Positions 39,329-54,440 of a stretch of 64,000 nucleotides of DNA are shown here, one piece after another (position 1 is the stretch's first letter; each line of letters opens with the position of its first letter). The stretch lies in assembly GCA_964016885.1 (NCBI GenBank), contig OZ024743.1:202430001-202494000 (forward strand). The letters run 5' to 3'. The translations under genes and the position numbers were made by a program. The DNA is from Eledone cirrhosa (Eukaryota). The notes below the pieces were generated by a model, which was given only the letters and a program-made list of their open reading frames with translations, made no database searches and was not told the DNA's origin.

Positions 39329-41975
39329 CTACAGCCGCATGACCAGGGTAGGCCCACTCACACGGGCCATTCTCGCCACATTCACCCACCTTTCAGAAAA
39401 TGTACTGGGGGACAGCACTTCTCTCTTCACCCTCACCTTCCTTTCGAAGTGAAACTTGAAAAAGTTGATGAGGGATTGGCCGAAGAGAAAAGTGTCTGTC
39501 TTCAGTCCTTTCAACCTCGTCCAGCATACAACCTCTTTCGCTACTGCCACCAAACAGAGGAAAACTACCTGCCCTTCCTGGCCAAAAGAAGGAGGCGGGT
39601 CAATCTTCACTATGGACTCGGCCGATAGCCGGATCCGTTGTACATGCGACAACAGCTGTTCAACATAACTCCACAAGTCAGTAATGCACGGACACTGGAC
39701 GAGTGCGTGCAGAACGGTTCCGTCGCTCTGCGCGCATCTCGGACAGGTTCGTCTGACAGCACTTCCGTGTCTGTAGAGTTTACCTCGAACCGGCAGTGCC
39801 CCCCGGTAGCACTGCCAAGCGAGGGATTTTTGGAAATTATCCATCGTCCCCGGCTCGAAAGTCCTCCGGTACAGACTGGTTAGTTCGACTTCGTTGACTC
39901 CCAGAGCCTCTCCGAGTGCGTTGTAGCACTTGCCCACCACTAATCCTCTATAGAACTCGAGAGTGGAAGTTCCACTGACCGCATTGCCAGCCTGGTAGAG
40001 GGCAGTGAGTGCATGGCAACATTCCAGATGCCAGTCACCCAGTCTCGGTCTCTTCTTGACCCAGGACTGCAACTCAGTCAAAGAAACGAGCTGCGGAAAG
40101 GCCCTTCTGACAAACGGCGACCACCCCTGTTCACCGTTTAGGCAGAATAATTAGAGATGCCGCATCCTCAGCGCGTGCTTGCGCATCATTAGCCACGGCA
40201 TGCCCAGCCCTCCACGTAGAGTGTGCTGACAGCAGATGGACCGCCTCACCAGCGGAACCTGACCCCTCCACAAGAATTTGAAGAGGAGCCGCTCCAAGAT
40301 GGCGACGCGCGAACGGGTCAAGGGACGACGGTCAGACGGTAGTAGATGACGGATGCGATGTATCCGTTCGCTACCTCCGCCCGACCTTTCAGTGATAGCT
40401 TCATCCCAGCCCATTTCTGGGTTAGACTGGCTACCCTGCCCGTCACCTCGTCCCAATTCTTATCCACCTGGAGGTCTGGCCCGAACCAAACCCGTAGCAA
40501 CTTTACCGGTCCGTCCGTCCAGCGCCTAACGACGCTGTTGGACGGCATGGACTTGCCTCTCCAGGTGCCGAGTTGCAAGCCCACTGACTTTTCCGGGTTA
40601 AATTTTGCTCCCGTCAACCTTTCATATTCCTCCAATAAGTTGCCGACCACCTCGATTTCTGAGGTGTCCGACACTATCACGGTGATGTCGTCCGCATAAA
40701 CCGGCACAGTCTTTCCGCGTCCCGGTTCGAGCGGGATGCCCTGCAACAGCTCCAGCTTCCGCAGTAAAGGCTTCCTCCGAACAACCGAGCAAAATGTTGG
40801 CGAAAGGCCTCATACCTCCGCTTGGAATCGCTCAGCTCGTGTCATCTCGGTCCGTCAAAGACCGAATCGTGGTTTTATTACCACGCTGCGCCTCTGCCAC
40901 ACGGGACCATCGAACAGCTTTGGTTCCCTCCTTTCTCTGTGCACGCGACTTAGCTCTGACAATGCAACCTTCGTGTTTCGCATTGCGATTCTAGCCGCTA
41001 GCACGTCAGTTGCAATGCCACTACCAATAGCCTCGTCTAACTTATCTACCAACACCCCCTCCTTTCTATTTTTCTCTAACGCTACTTCTTTGCTAAATTC
41101 TATCGAGATTACTCTAATCTCTCTTTTGAGAGCCCCCTACCATCTATTGTTGACGACTCCCCCTGTCAACTTTTTCTCAACTAAATTGTCGACCTGGTCT
41201 CTGTAAGCCTTACCTGCCGGAAATGACATGTTTAGCTTCCAGTAACCAGGTCCTACCCTACGCCTCTTAACTAGGTCGACCATACAGATCACAAACTTGT
41301 GATCTGAATAGGTGACCGTTTCAAAACGTGGACAGCTTACACTATTTCTGTCTATTTTCTTAATGAATATCCTGTCTATATACGATCTAGATGACTCTAT
41401 GCTGTTAGTGCAGGTCCACTGGCGCATTAGGGAAATCTAGTCGGTACCTGTCAGACAGTTGGAACTGGCTGATCAGGTTCCTGAGGCTTTTGCAACCCCC
41501 GCTCCTATCGGATACTCCCACACAGTCCCAGTGTGCGTCTCAGATGCCGTTCCAGTCCCCCGTTAACAGTAAAGGGCGAGACGTACCGAGAAAGGCTTCC
41601 CGGCGTCTAAAGAAGTCCGGCCGCCCTGCCCCAGTAGGAGCATAGACGGCCACCAGTCTAAAGGCACCACCTTCGTTATTGTTCACAACCAACCACCAAC
41701 TTCCCGTCCGGGTCCCATAAGATCGACCTTACCTCGTGATCCAGGCCTTTCCTAAACAGCACTGCCACCCCGCCTCCCATTCCTGGCCGGCTAACAGATG
41801 CAAAGATCTGATAGTCGTCGAAAATGGGGGCTAGTGCGCGCGTGTCAGAAATCCTGGTCTCGCTGACGGCAATTACATACATTTCTATAGACCCGAGGTC
41901 GTTGAGCAGGTGGCCCTGCTTCCAGGACGACCCCAGGCCTCGAACATTTAAACATCCTACTCTTAATACGGCCAT
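39329..41975 (-). pseudogene. Tx1/L1 ORF2: APE endonuclease, RT C-terminal part and zf-RVT, frameshifted
   Basis: CLNVRGL, SETR, GDWN, YIDRIF, SDH, PGYWKLN, YADD, LSLKGR, CPRC..TVLHALVQC. RT subdomains upstream of YADD are missing near 40770. Confidence 0.9.
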
Positions 41976-42899
41976 ATTGGCAGGTTAAAAAGACAGAGAG
42001 GAAGGTTTACTTACCTTCCGGGCTCTTGTGAAGGTCGGTTTGTTCGACCACCATAGTTGGTGAGGTTTCTTTTAGGAGCCCCTTTAAAAGACTTGAAGTG
42101 GGTTTTACGTTCGGGGTTCCCACGTCCCGAGGAAAGCTGTCTCGCATTTCTTTGAATATATCGATTGACATTCGCACCTGAACCAAATCTTCCGGCACGC
42201 GAAATGTGCTCGATTTAAAAATGTCTCCCTCTTTTTGTATATTTTCACTTCGTGCTACTAGGGCCATCTGTTCCTCGTTGGCCCTCCTGACGAGCACGAA
42301 GTTTTGTATGTTTTGTTGGTGTGATTATTTTGTTTGCGTGGCTGTGGTGGTGATGGTTTTGGTCGTGTTGTTTCGGTTGTGTCTGTGTTTATTGTGAGTG
42401 CGGTGTCGGTGGTTTCAGATGTTTGTGTGTATATTTTTTCTTGCGTCTGTTTAGGTTTGCGTTTGGGGGATTCTGGTGATGGTGATGGTGGTGTTGATGT
42501 TGGTGTTATTGGAGAGATGTTTGCGTGGGTGGTGTCTGCGTTTTTTATTGGGGGTGATTTTGTGCTTTGTTGTGTTTTTTGTGTTTCGTTTTTTGTTTCC
42601 TTTTTGTGTTTCCTTTTTTGTATTTTGTTTTTTTTTTGGTTTTCCCTCATCTTCACTACTGGTAGATGAGGGGTCTGTGTATGTAAGTGTGTCTGTATGT
42701 ATGTTTATGGTTTTATTGGTGTGTGTATTTTTGGGGGGGAGGGGGAATTTGACAGCTTTCCTCGTTTCCCCCCTGGGAGGTCAATGTTGGTGATGGTCTT
42801 TCTATTTGTTTTGTTGTTGGTGGTTTTGCCGGTGCTGGTGTTGGTTGTGGTCCTCTCCGGCGTCGGCAGGAGTGGAGCCTTTCAACCCCCTGCCTCTTT

Positions 42900-43982
42900 C
42901 AGCAGTTGAGGGCAGAAGGCTCGCAAATGGGTTTTTTCCCCATAAACAAATCACTGCGGCCTTTTGCCTTCGGTCATAATGTGAATGACCGTCCCATTCT
43001 GAAGGCGAATGTGGTCCAGGATTGTCTTCACATTCTCGGGCCTGATCTGGAGAAGGATCTCCAGGTCAACCCCAGACCAGTTCTCTCTGGCCGTTCTGGT
43101 CCCCTCTGGCCGTTCTGGTCCCCTCCACAATCACACAACCCAGAAACCACCACATGTCAAGTCCTGGTGGGATTCTGGGAATGCGGAGACGGGCCGTTCT
43201 TTTTCCCATGTGGGAAGGGTACATTATGACCTTGCTGGTTTTGCAAGGAGTCATAGCGAGGGCTTCTGACTTGAACAACACTGAAATGGTGCCGTACTGT
43301 CTGCCCCTCTCTTTGTATTCGGTGTCTTCTCTGATGCACCTCAGCGCGACTTCGACATCTGCTTGTGGGATTAAAGCTGCCCTTTTGGTTTGTGCTGAGA
43401 TGCATCTATAATGCACCGTTCTGCGCTCCGCTGCCTCAATAGGTTCTACCGGGAGAGTTAAGTTGGCCCAGGTTTGCTCTTGCTTGATGAGCTTCCATGC
43501 CTGGGCCAACTTTTCATCTTTGCTTGAGAGGTCCATGTTGAAACAAGGTCTCTTTTTTGCTGCTTCCGCAGCGAAACTGTTCTTCTTGTTTTCGTTGGGG
43601 GTGTTGTTGTCGTTGTCGTTGTTCTTGTTGGTGGTGTTGTTATCACTGTCGCTGTTATCGTTGTTGTATTTGTTGCCACCGTTGTTCTCGGTGCAGTTGG
43701 CATTGTTTGTGTTGGTGTTGTTGCTATTTGTTTTCATGTTAGTGTTGTTTATATTGCTGCATTTGTCATTTTTTTTCCGTTATCACTATTTTCGTCGTCG
43801 CTGTTACTGTCATTTCTTTCAAAATTAGAGTTCTCATTGGTATCATTGGTGTCTTTCTTTACCTTGTTTGTGGTCGTGTTTGTGTTATCAATGTGTGTTA
43901 ATTTCGCTGTAGCGCTCCTCTCAACTTCTACGTCGTTGTCGCACGACAGCAGACACATCGCTGGTTGAGGTGGCTCAGCCAC
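42900..43982 (-). pseudogene. Tx1/L1 ORF1 remnant (Asn/Thr-rich N-terminus, decayed CCHC knuckle)
   Basis: Upstream of ORF2 on the same strand. EGKRPQ*FVYGEKTHLRAFCP near 42910-42970, and a 19-bp duplication near 43085-43125. Confidence 0.7.
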
Positions 43983-44188
43983 GTTTTTTTTTTCTTCGTA
44001 ATTTTTTTAACATGTAAAAAAAGTTCAAATATTTGGGCCAAAAGGCCCAAATATTATACTTTCCCCTTCACGGGGCAAAGTCTAAAGGCTTATATCCCTT
44101 ACACAACAAGAAATATTTAACAACAAATAATTTTAACAGGCAAATAAAGCGACTTACTGGGAGCGAGCAAAATACGTCCGCTTAGACC

Positions 44189-44220
<32 letters not shown>

Positions 44221-44255
44221 CAACAACAACAATATTGATGTAAAAAGAAAATATA

Positions 44256-44286
<31 letters not shown>

Positions 44287-44299
44287 GAGAGAGAGAGAG

Positions 44300-44338
<39 letters not shown>

Positions 44339-45665
44339 TGAGAGAATAGGGTACCCGAGACAAAATGTATGGATTTTTGATGCGTTATAGATTTATAATA
44401 AATACACTAATGGTTCTTTCAGTTTTGTTCATAATAACTTATCTATTTCATAACTCTCCTATTTGCAATCAATATAGATGTCGTATACTGTCACAAGGTC
44501 ATACATTCTGTGGAATGGTGTATTAATCGATTAAATTGACTCCATTATTCGTCTGGTATTTTATTTACACGACCACGTGAGGATGAATGGAAACGTGGAC
44601 CCTACTGGGATTTAAACTCATAATGTAAAGGATCGCATAACATTCTACTGTTGTGATGCAATATCTGCCTATTCACGGATGGTTTTATTTTTAGTAACCT
44701 TCACTGTAGTAAGTAAACAGTACGTAAAAAATGAAAATATATAAATGTAATTGAAATAAATGTATTCCCACATTTACAATCAGCAATTCCTTCTCCAACA
44801 ATAATGATTAGTACACTCATATCAGAGTGGCTTAGCGCCTTGTCTTCCACATGTGTGACCAACACAACTGCCGCTGGTCAGTACCTGATTTCTCGTCACC
44901 ATAGCGTGGGCCAGGGGCACTTCAGGTTTAGGGAGCAACTTGTACACAAAAAATTAAAATACACAGCTAAACTCCTAATTGTACATATCAAAGTTAGTTC
45001 GGTGCAAGTAAATGGTATTGAAAAGTTATAGATACATGTATTAAATTAAAATATTCTAACCATCCTAAAAATTAAAAAGACGAGCTGAGGGTACAAATAA
45101 ATCGCTACTGCTGTCGCTGATGAGGTCAGGAGCAATTGCTCTCTTTCCTCCTATTAAAATCGGCCCTGGGTAGAGTAGCTGTTACAGCGGATTTCAGTGG
45201 TCATTCTTCGCATCAATGCCTTCGCTATTTTGTCCGCATTGCACAGCTGAAGCATATACCACTCGGGCATCTGTAGCATCTGTCGTACACTCCATTTTCC
45301 ATGTATTTCGTTGCTTAATGTCCTTTTTCTCTTTAATTTTCTTGTCTTCTTTCTTTTTACTTTCCGTATTACCATTTATACTGTACAGTTTTTATCATAT
45401 ATTCTCTTTTATCATGGCTTGGGGTTTACCCCTACTCTTAAATTTTTCTACCATTTTTATTCAATAGACTACTTGAGATTTTTCCTTTATTGCTTTTAGT
45501 GAATATACTTCGGACATACTTAGGCACCATTTCCATTAATTAGATAATATTAACTCTAATACTTCTGTTTTTAAAAGGCAGTGCTTGTTTCATCGGTTTC
45601 TCTGGCGCCGAAACGGAAGGTTATGAAACATAAACCAGGCAGAAACGTAAACAAACACATGCACA

Positions 45666-45748
<83 letters not shown>

Positions 45749-45755
45749 ACACACA

Positions 45756-45803
<48 letters not shown>

Positions 45804-45899
45804 CATATATAATGAAATAAGACCGTCTTCTGCACTTTCCCTCTATCAAATTCCACTCATAAGGCATTTACGTTTTAAGATGGTAAAGTGTAGTATGAT

Positions 45900-46230
45900 A
45901 GATATCTGGTTGCTATATCTACCAAGTCAAGAAACGACCTACAAGTTAGACTTCGTCTCTACCAGTACATAAATCATTCACTATAAGATAAATGTGTCAA
46001 CTACCTTTACGAACTACCTACACCTAAGCATATAAGTTTATAAAATTCCGGATATGTAAACGAGAGAGATCTGGCTTCCATTTCTAGCAGGTCTAACCAC
46101 CACTTCCAAGCTCACTTTTCGTCTCTGCCGATACATTAATAATGCAATTTAAGAGAAATATGTCAACTACATTTACGAGCCAATTACAATGAATTATATC
46201 AGTTTTAAAATAGCGGATATGTAAACATTT
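45900..46230. repeat. Diverged ~167-bp tandem duplication
   Basis: ATCTGG...TTCGTCTCT...TGTCAACTAC.TTTACGA...CGGATATGTAAAC occurs twice. Confidence 0.65.
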
Positions 46231-47665
46231 TAGAGAAGAACTTAAAGTTATTTCAGTAATTGCTAGGAAATAAACTTGATTAGAGAAAGAATCCTTATTT
46301 AAGCTACATTAATTTTAAACTAGTTAAGCCAGGTCAAAGTATATATATATATATACAAGCTAAAATAAGCTATTAGAAATACGGCAAAGTATGTATTACT
46401 GCTTCATTTCAAGTGTAACGTGTAGAAAAAAACCATTGGGACGAAAAGAAAACGACAGATTTGACATATTTCTTTTATATATTAAATGGTGGGTGGCATA
46501 ACATATTACACATACGTTCATTCCTCTCAAAAGCCAACAAGCTGCTATGTAGGTCGCAAGGTTGTTGTTTTTTTATCAAGAAAAACGAGTATTCGAATGA
46601 GTTAAGGTACAGTTGCACTACATTAAGTGAGAGCAATATTGATTATTTTAACGCAATATATAGATTTTCTAAAAGATATTCCGTGATGTTCTTGAAGCCA
46701 TCAACCAAACCACAACGATGACAAAACAAACAGATTTACACGATATGAAAAAAATGACAAAAGTAAATATAGGCACGGATATGGTTGTGTGACTAGATGT
46801 TCACTTCTCAACAACGGTGTTCTGTGTTTATTCCCATTGTGTGGTACCATGGATGAGTCAATCTATCCGACATTACATTCAATGCTTTTTGAGTGAAACT
46901 GGCGGACAGAAACATTGCGGAAATCTGTCGTATAAGTGCGTGGTTTGCAATGACCGTAAACAAATAAGGCGAACTTATACCATTCGATAAATATGCCAAC
47001 GAAATATCAATATCTGATTATGTGTTGGGGTCAATTCAATTAACTAAAATGTTTCATGCAGTATAGATGCAGTGCACTTAAGATGTAATAATTGCCGTTT
47101 ATGTATAACTTCTTTTTGAATCAATGGTTTTACTCAGCTGAGGATAGATAGAAAACAGAAATATATATCGATGATCTTTTAAAATTTAATCAGTTTTTCC
47201 TTCATGTGTCTTATTTAGATTAACAATACGGAAACATCAATATATGAAAACAATCCAAACATCAATATATGGAGACCAAATGCACCAAAATACTAAACTG
47301 TAAACATTTAAATGCAACAAATAAACCATTAAAATATGAAGTACAAACCAAATATGAATGCACGAAATCATTATAAATCTAATAAATTCTTTTTCTGACT
47401 ACAGATCAGGTTTGTGCAACTGTAGAATATTGAGAAGAGTAAGCTTCTGTAGTACAGATCATGCGCAGAACACGATAACAGAAGATAGGAAACATCGTAG
47501 GGTCATAAATTACGTTGCAATATATCAGGGGTTCCTGATGATTTCTCCCGAATAAAGCAGTTCTAATCCTGTAGAAGTCATTTCCATATTAAATATTTAT
47601 ACGTATTGAGTACCTTACTTACTGTGGTTACCCCCGATTGAACTCGGGATAAACTTAAATATATA

Positions 47666-47701
<36 letters not shown>

Positions 47702-47735
47702 TGTATGTATGTATGTATGTATGTATGTATGTATG

Positions 47736-47831
<96 letters not shown>

Positions 47832-47937
47832 CATCTTCATGTTGGATTAGTTCAGAGTAACCAGTCATAATTTAGCTAATCAATAGGAACACCATACAGT
47901 TGGATTATAATTGACCTTCAATATATAATTTCTCTCA

Positions 47938-48128
47938 CGGGCGGTGGATTGGCAGTATCGATAGAGAGTCGGACACAATGCTTTGAATCATAGAGTTACG
48001 TCCCTTTATGATCTGAGTTCAAATTCCGCCGAGGTTAACTTTGCCTTTCATCCTTACGGGGTCGATAAAATAAAGTACCAGTAATGTACTGGTTAAATGC
48101 CGGCCTTGTGCCAAAAGTAGAAACAATT
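47938..48128 (+). mobile_element. tRNA/Meta-like SINE copy (well preserved)
   Basis: GGCGGTGGATTGGCAGTATCG...GAGTTCAAATTCCGCCGAGGTTAACTTTGCCTTTCATCCTTACGGGGTCGATAAA. Confidence 0.85.
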
Positions 48129-49259
48129 ATATAATTTCTCTAAAAACATATAACAGCACATTTTTTAACACTTTGTTGTTTGGTATAACAGATTTTCTTT
48201 GATTGGTTCACCACCATAGCTTGGAGTCCAACAAATTCTAATGTCACGCCATTTTAGTTTAGATACTTACTGCGACACATTTGACTATAGAATTGATCAA
48301 GGGATAAATGTGAAATCATGACAAAAGATTAGGTCATAAACTAATGGAATAGTTCTACATATATAATACGAGCAGAACAGGAAAAAGGTATTATAACATA
48401 GGTCAAAACAATTAAACTTAATGGTAAAATAACAAAAGATATTGCTTTATAATCGGGATAAACTCTATATGCCCGTTCGATTTGCAAGAAAAACAGCCAT
48501 GTATTGCATCCTACTATTTAAACATAGAACGGGTATATTGGAAAGTGTTGTCTTAGATACTGATGGAATGTCTCTTACCATAAAGGTACTCATGTAAATC
48601 TGGAAAAGGAATAAATATAAGTAGCAAAAAATATACATTGCATTGAGAGAAAAACTGCTTTAAAAAAGGCTATTTCCGACATTTGAGCCAGCACAACCTC
48701 ATTCAAAATATATATGGAAATTGAATGAATAAGACTGAAGTTAGTTATCTAATATTTAAACATCGGAGTCTAAATCTAATTAACATGTCTCTCGTGAAAA
48801 ATATAACACTTTAACAGAGACCTATGATCTTTTGTGAACACCGAAATAATTATCAAAACCGGGATAGCCGAAACCAGGTGAGTCAAACTATCGACCTCTC
48901 CTTGCGATCGTCAAATATCAGAAAATATCAAGCACCACAGAGACTCAGAATTCAAGAATTATAGAACTCTCATCTTTAACGCCATCAATTTCAAATATAA
49001 TTTACAAGAAAATGTTCATTATATATTCTATGTGATGAAATTGTTCACCTGATGATTGCTCTGGTCGATCGTAAAATTTGAATAATTAAGTTGGGATATT
49101 AAAATCAAAATTTTGTATAAATAATCATAAAACAGCAGAATGTATTCATTAATTTCTCTCTTGTTTAATAAACTAAATCAATATTATGCAACGATAGAGA
49201 CATAGGGAGACACACATGACTAGATGAACACATATTAACATTTACAAAGAAATAGAAAC

Positions 49260-49311
<52 letters not shown>

Positions 49312-49479
49312 GCATATGTGGGTGCATGTATGTATATAAAGGTGTTTATGTATGTGTGCCTTTATGTAAATGAAAAGAAGGTAAGAGAGGAGAGAAAGAG
49401 AGAGCGAGAGGAGAAAGAAAGACAGCGAGAGAAAGTGAGAGAGAGAAAGAGAGAGAGATACAGAAAGAGAGAGAGACAG

Positions 49480-49524
<45 letters not shown>

Positions 49525-49894
49525 GAGAGAGAAAGAGAGAGAGATTTACACAAGGCGTGTAATTATTTGTGTATATCGAGATTCAAGATTTCAACACTAA
49601 AAACGCCTTAGGCTGGATGAACATCTGCTTAATTTTCCAATGTAGAAATACACAACACAAATATATAGATGGTACTCCTATATAACAACAACTATAACAC
49701 AGAAGACAGAGAATACAACGCTCAATATCATTTTAAAATAACACGTTAAATATAATTCAAACGATATTTTTAGAGATAGTGACCCTTTTAATAACATTTA
49801 AATCTTTCTTTTATGCTTACATACACACAGACATTCACAGTCTCAGACACGCACACATGCACACATACGCAAGCATACACACACACCCACACAT

Positions 49895-51725
<1,831 letters not shown>

Positions 51726-52242
51726 GTCTATGTTTGTATACGTATATTACTAGCTACCTCAACTCCAACCTCTAGATCAAGAATCTTTCAACATTTGAAT
51801 TATCGAGGACACTTCAATGTCTGAAGATACTTCATTCCACTTTACTCATTGGAATCCAAATTTTGCTTTCAAAATTTAGTCTCCAAGTTATTGGTTTAGT
51901 TGTTGATATGATATCTTTGTTCATATAGTTCTTTGTATTATTGATAATAATATTACAGCTGTTCTGCTGGTTGTAGATATTGTTTGTTTACAAAGTAATT
52001 GTTGCTGGAATTGCGGCTATAGTTGTTGTAGTTGTAGTTATTGGTGGTGACGTCATTGATATAAAGCCACCCTAATCCGGCCCTTGGATTATGAGAGAAA
52101 TCAGTTTACTCTAAAGTCAGGTTATATATATTTTTTTAAAATGACATCTTAAGGGTGGTGCCCCAGCATGGCCTCAGTTGACTGTCTGGAGCAGGTACAA
52201 GTGTAAAAGAGTAAAAGAGTTTCATAATGTTATGTAAAAATT

Positions 52243-52433
52243 AATTGTTTCTACTTTTGGCACAAGGTCAGCAATTATCCTAGTGTATTACTGGTTCTTT
52301 ATTTTATCAACCCCGTAAGGATAAAAAGGCTTTGTTATCCTCAATGGGATTTCAACTCAGACCATAAAGGGCCGTAACTCTTTGCTGCAAAGCATGGCGC
52401 CCGACCCTCTACCGATACTGCCAATCCACCGCC
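52243..52433 (-). mobile_element. tRNA/Meta-like SINE copy
   Basis: Reverse complement of the 47938 family. Confidence 0.8.
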
Positions 52434-52946
52434 ATTCATTACAACACCAATTTAACAACGCGTAAATTGATTATGAATCTAAATACGTCTAAACCTTTCA
52501 TAATTTTCAAAACGATCTGAAAATAATATGAAGTGTTTACAATAAAAATAAGATAAAGAAATTGTTATGATCAAAGAGTTTGTTGTTGCTCATAATCTTG
52601 CAGCTGATGTTTGAAGATTGTTTTTTGTGGTGCGCCTTTTTAGATAGGAAGGGGATTTACGGGTCTATCATAAAATGCGTTCCAAATACATTATTTTGTA
52701 GTTACAGTGTATTGAGGAAGAGTTTAATCGATGTAGCATCGCCTTCTTTACAACTCTAGCGTATGATATGAAGGAGATTTGGCTATTATCGGACGGGTAT
52801 GGTTGATGTTTAGGTTGTCTTACTGCTTAGCTTCTAAATAATGTGTTAAACATTAACTACAAACTAGTTATGAGGAGTTTATGACACCTGTAGTTCGAAT
52901 ATTTACACACAGACCCATATGTATATATATATATATAAACCCTTCG

Positions 52947-52993
52947 TTTCAGAAGATCCCTTAAGGGTGAAAGCAGTAATTGTTTGCTTAAAA
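52947..52993 (+). ncRNA. Hammerhead-like motif with a CAGAAGA core
   Basis: TTT-CAGAAGA-TCCC(TTAA)GGGT-GAAAGCA...TGCTT-AAA. Confidence 0.55.
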
Positions 52994-53017
52994 TTTAATC
53001 TCTTCTTATAATATATA

Positions 53018-53515
53018 TGTAGCGACGTGGTTAGTCAGTCTGGTCACTACTTCTGATCAGATCCGAGAATAGCCCTTAGAAGGACTGTTATCGCATACGG
53101 TCTGATCAGATCTGAAGATAGCCCTTAAAAGGACTGTTGTCGCATATAGCCCCTAAAAGAACTGTTGAGGATGGACAGACGAAAGCATAAGTTGAAAGGA
53201 CGAAGTAAGGCGAGATGTAAATTCGATCAGCTATTTATTTTCACATGAAGCGACGATACGAGGTACAAGGCGTGTGTAAGTGACAAGCGTGGCAGAGGCG
53301 AGGAACAACGATACGCGGGTTGACTCTGCCAAATGTCGACTGCTGAAGTGTTTGGAACCACTCTATTTATACAGGAATAATCGTTTGATGTTTAGCCGCT
53401 GTGTAGGCGTTTATACTGGTAGCTTTTAAGGGTTCTTTTATTTCACGTTGAGGTAGCTAGCTAACAGGTAGATGGCGCTGTATATTTCACAGATGTTATT
53501 TCCGATGGCTGTACA
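53018..53515 (-). repeat. 3' LTR
   Basis: TG...CA termini; PPT-like GGCAGGGGGCTAA adjacent on minus; internal ~48-bp repeats. Confidence 0.95.
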
Positions 53516-54440
53516 TTAGCCCCCTGCCAGATCCTTTGTACAAAAAAAGAGCGAAATATCGTATAGTAATGGGCCAGTGGTGCATTTGTCATGACAATAG
53601 CCCCAGGAGTGACCAGCACGTTGTGAAAATTTGTGATCATCGAGTACAGGACAGAGTTGATGTAGAGATGATATGGCAAGATGTGTGTGTCAGGAAGAGA
53701 AAAAAGAAATAAACAATAAAATGACTTTGACCAGGTTTATGCAGGCGTGATGAATGAGCCTGTTGCAATTTGGGTTGAGCTGCCTGTGAATTGCGTGACA
53801 AAAAGTCTAACTGGTCAGTGAAGATAACTGTAATGTGTGAACTGAATGGCCGTAAGCATGCTGCCTAAAAGTAACAGTTTGCTCCACCACATATGACTTG
53901 AGCGAATGCATGTGGTAAAAAAATAGCGAGGCATTCTCGAGCCATTGAGTGATTGTGTACGTGAGAAAAGAAGGCCAATGTTTTGAGGATGCGATTTGTG
54001 AAATGCGTGATCAAAGAGAAAACATTTTGTAGTGTAAGAGTTAGAGGGACGCAAATATCTATTGCTCCGTGTATAAGGTGAAACAAACGTGGTTTTGTAG
54101 TGTGCATGAAAAACAGAATATGTACACGCCTTGTATGTATATAAAAATTATGGCAATTACACAATAAATGTTACAGAACAAGAAAAATAAAAATGTTTGC
54201 AAAACAAGAGAGAGAAGACAAAAAATGTTATACACAATGATATACACAATGTTTGTTCTTAAATAGTGTTTGTAATAAATAATGTTCATAATAAATAATG
54301 TACTTCGTGACATGAGCACATGGTCACTAAAAATTGCAATTGTTCAAGCAGAAAGTTCATTGTATTTGGAACTGGAAATAGTAAACACAAGAAAAATGGA
54401 AATGTTTTGCACGAAGAGTGATTAAGAAACACACTTGAGG

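Larger units (their letters stand above)
39063..44188 (-). mobile_element. Tx1/L1-clade LINE with both ends present, decayed, with an internal RT deletion; sits in (TAA)n/(CAA)n
   Basis: ORF1 and ORF2 remnants, AATAAA before a (TTA)n tail, and trinucleotide tracts on both flanks. Confidence 0.9.

Noticed and set aside
45110-45190. Hammerhead at CTGATGAGGTC
   Set aside because: No properly placed GAAA or stem III.
53050-53170. CRISPR-like repeats in the LTR
   Set aside because: They are contiguous ~48-bp tandem repeats with no unique spacers, are present in both LTRs, and lie in a eukaryotic context with no cas genes.
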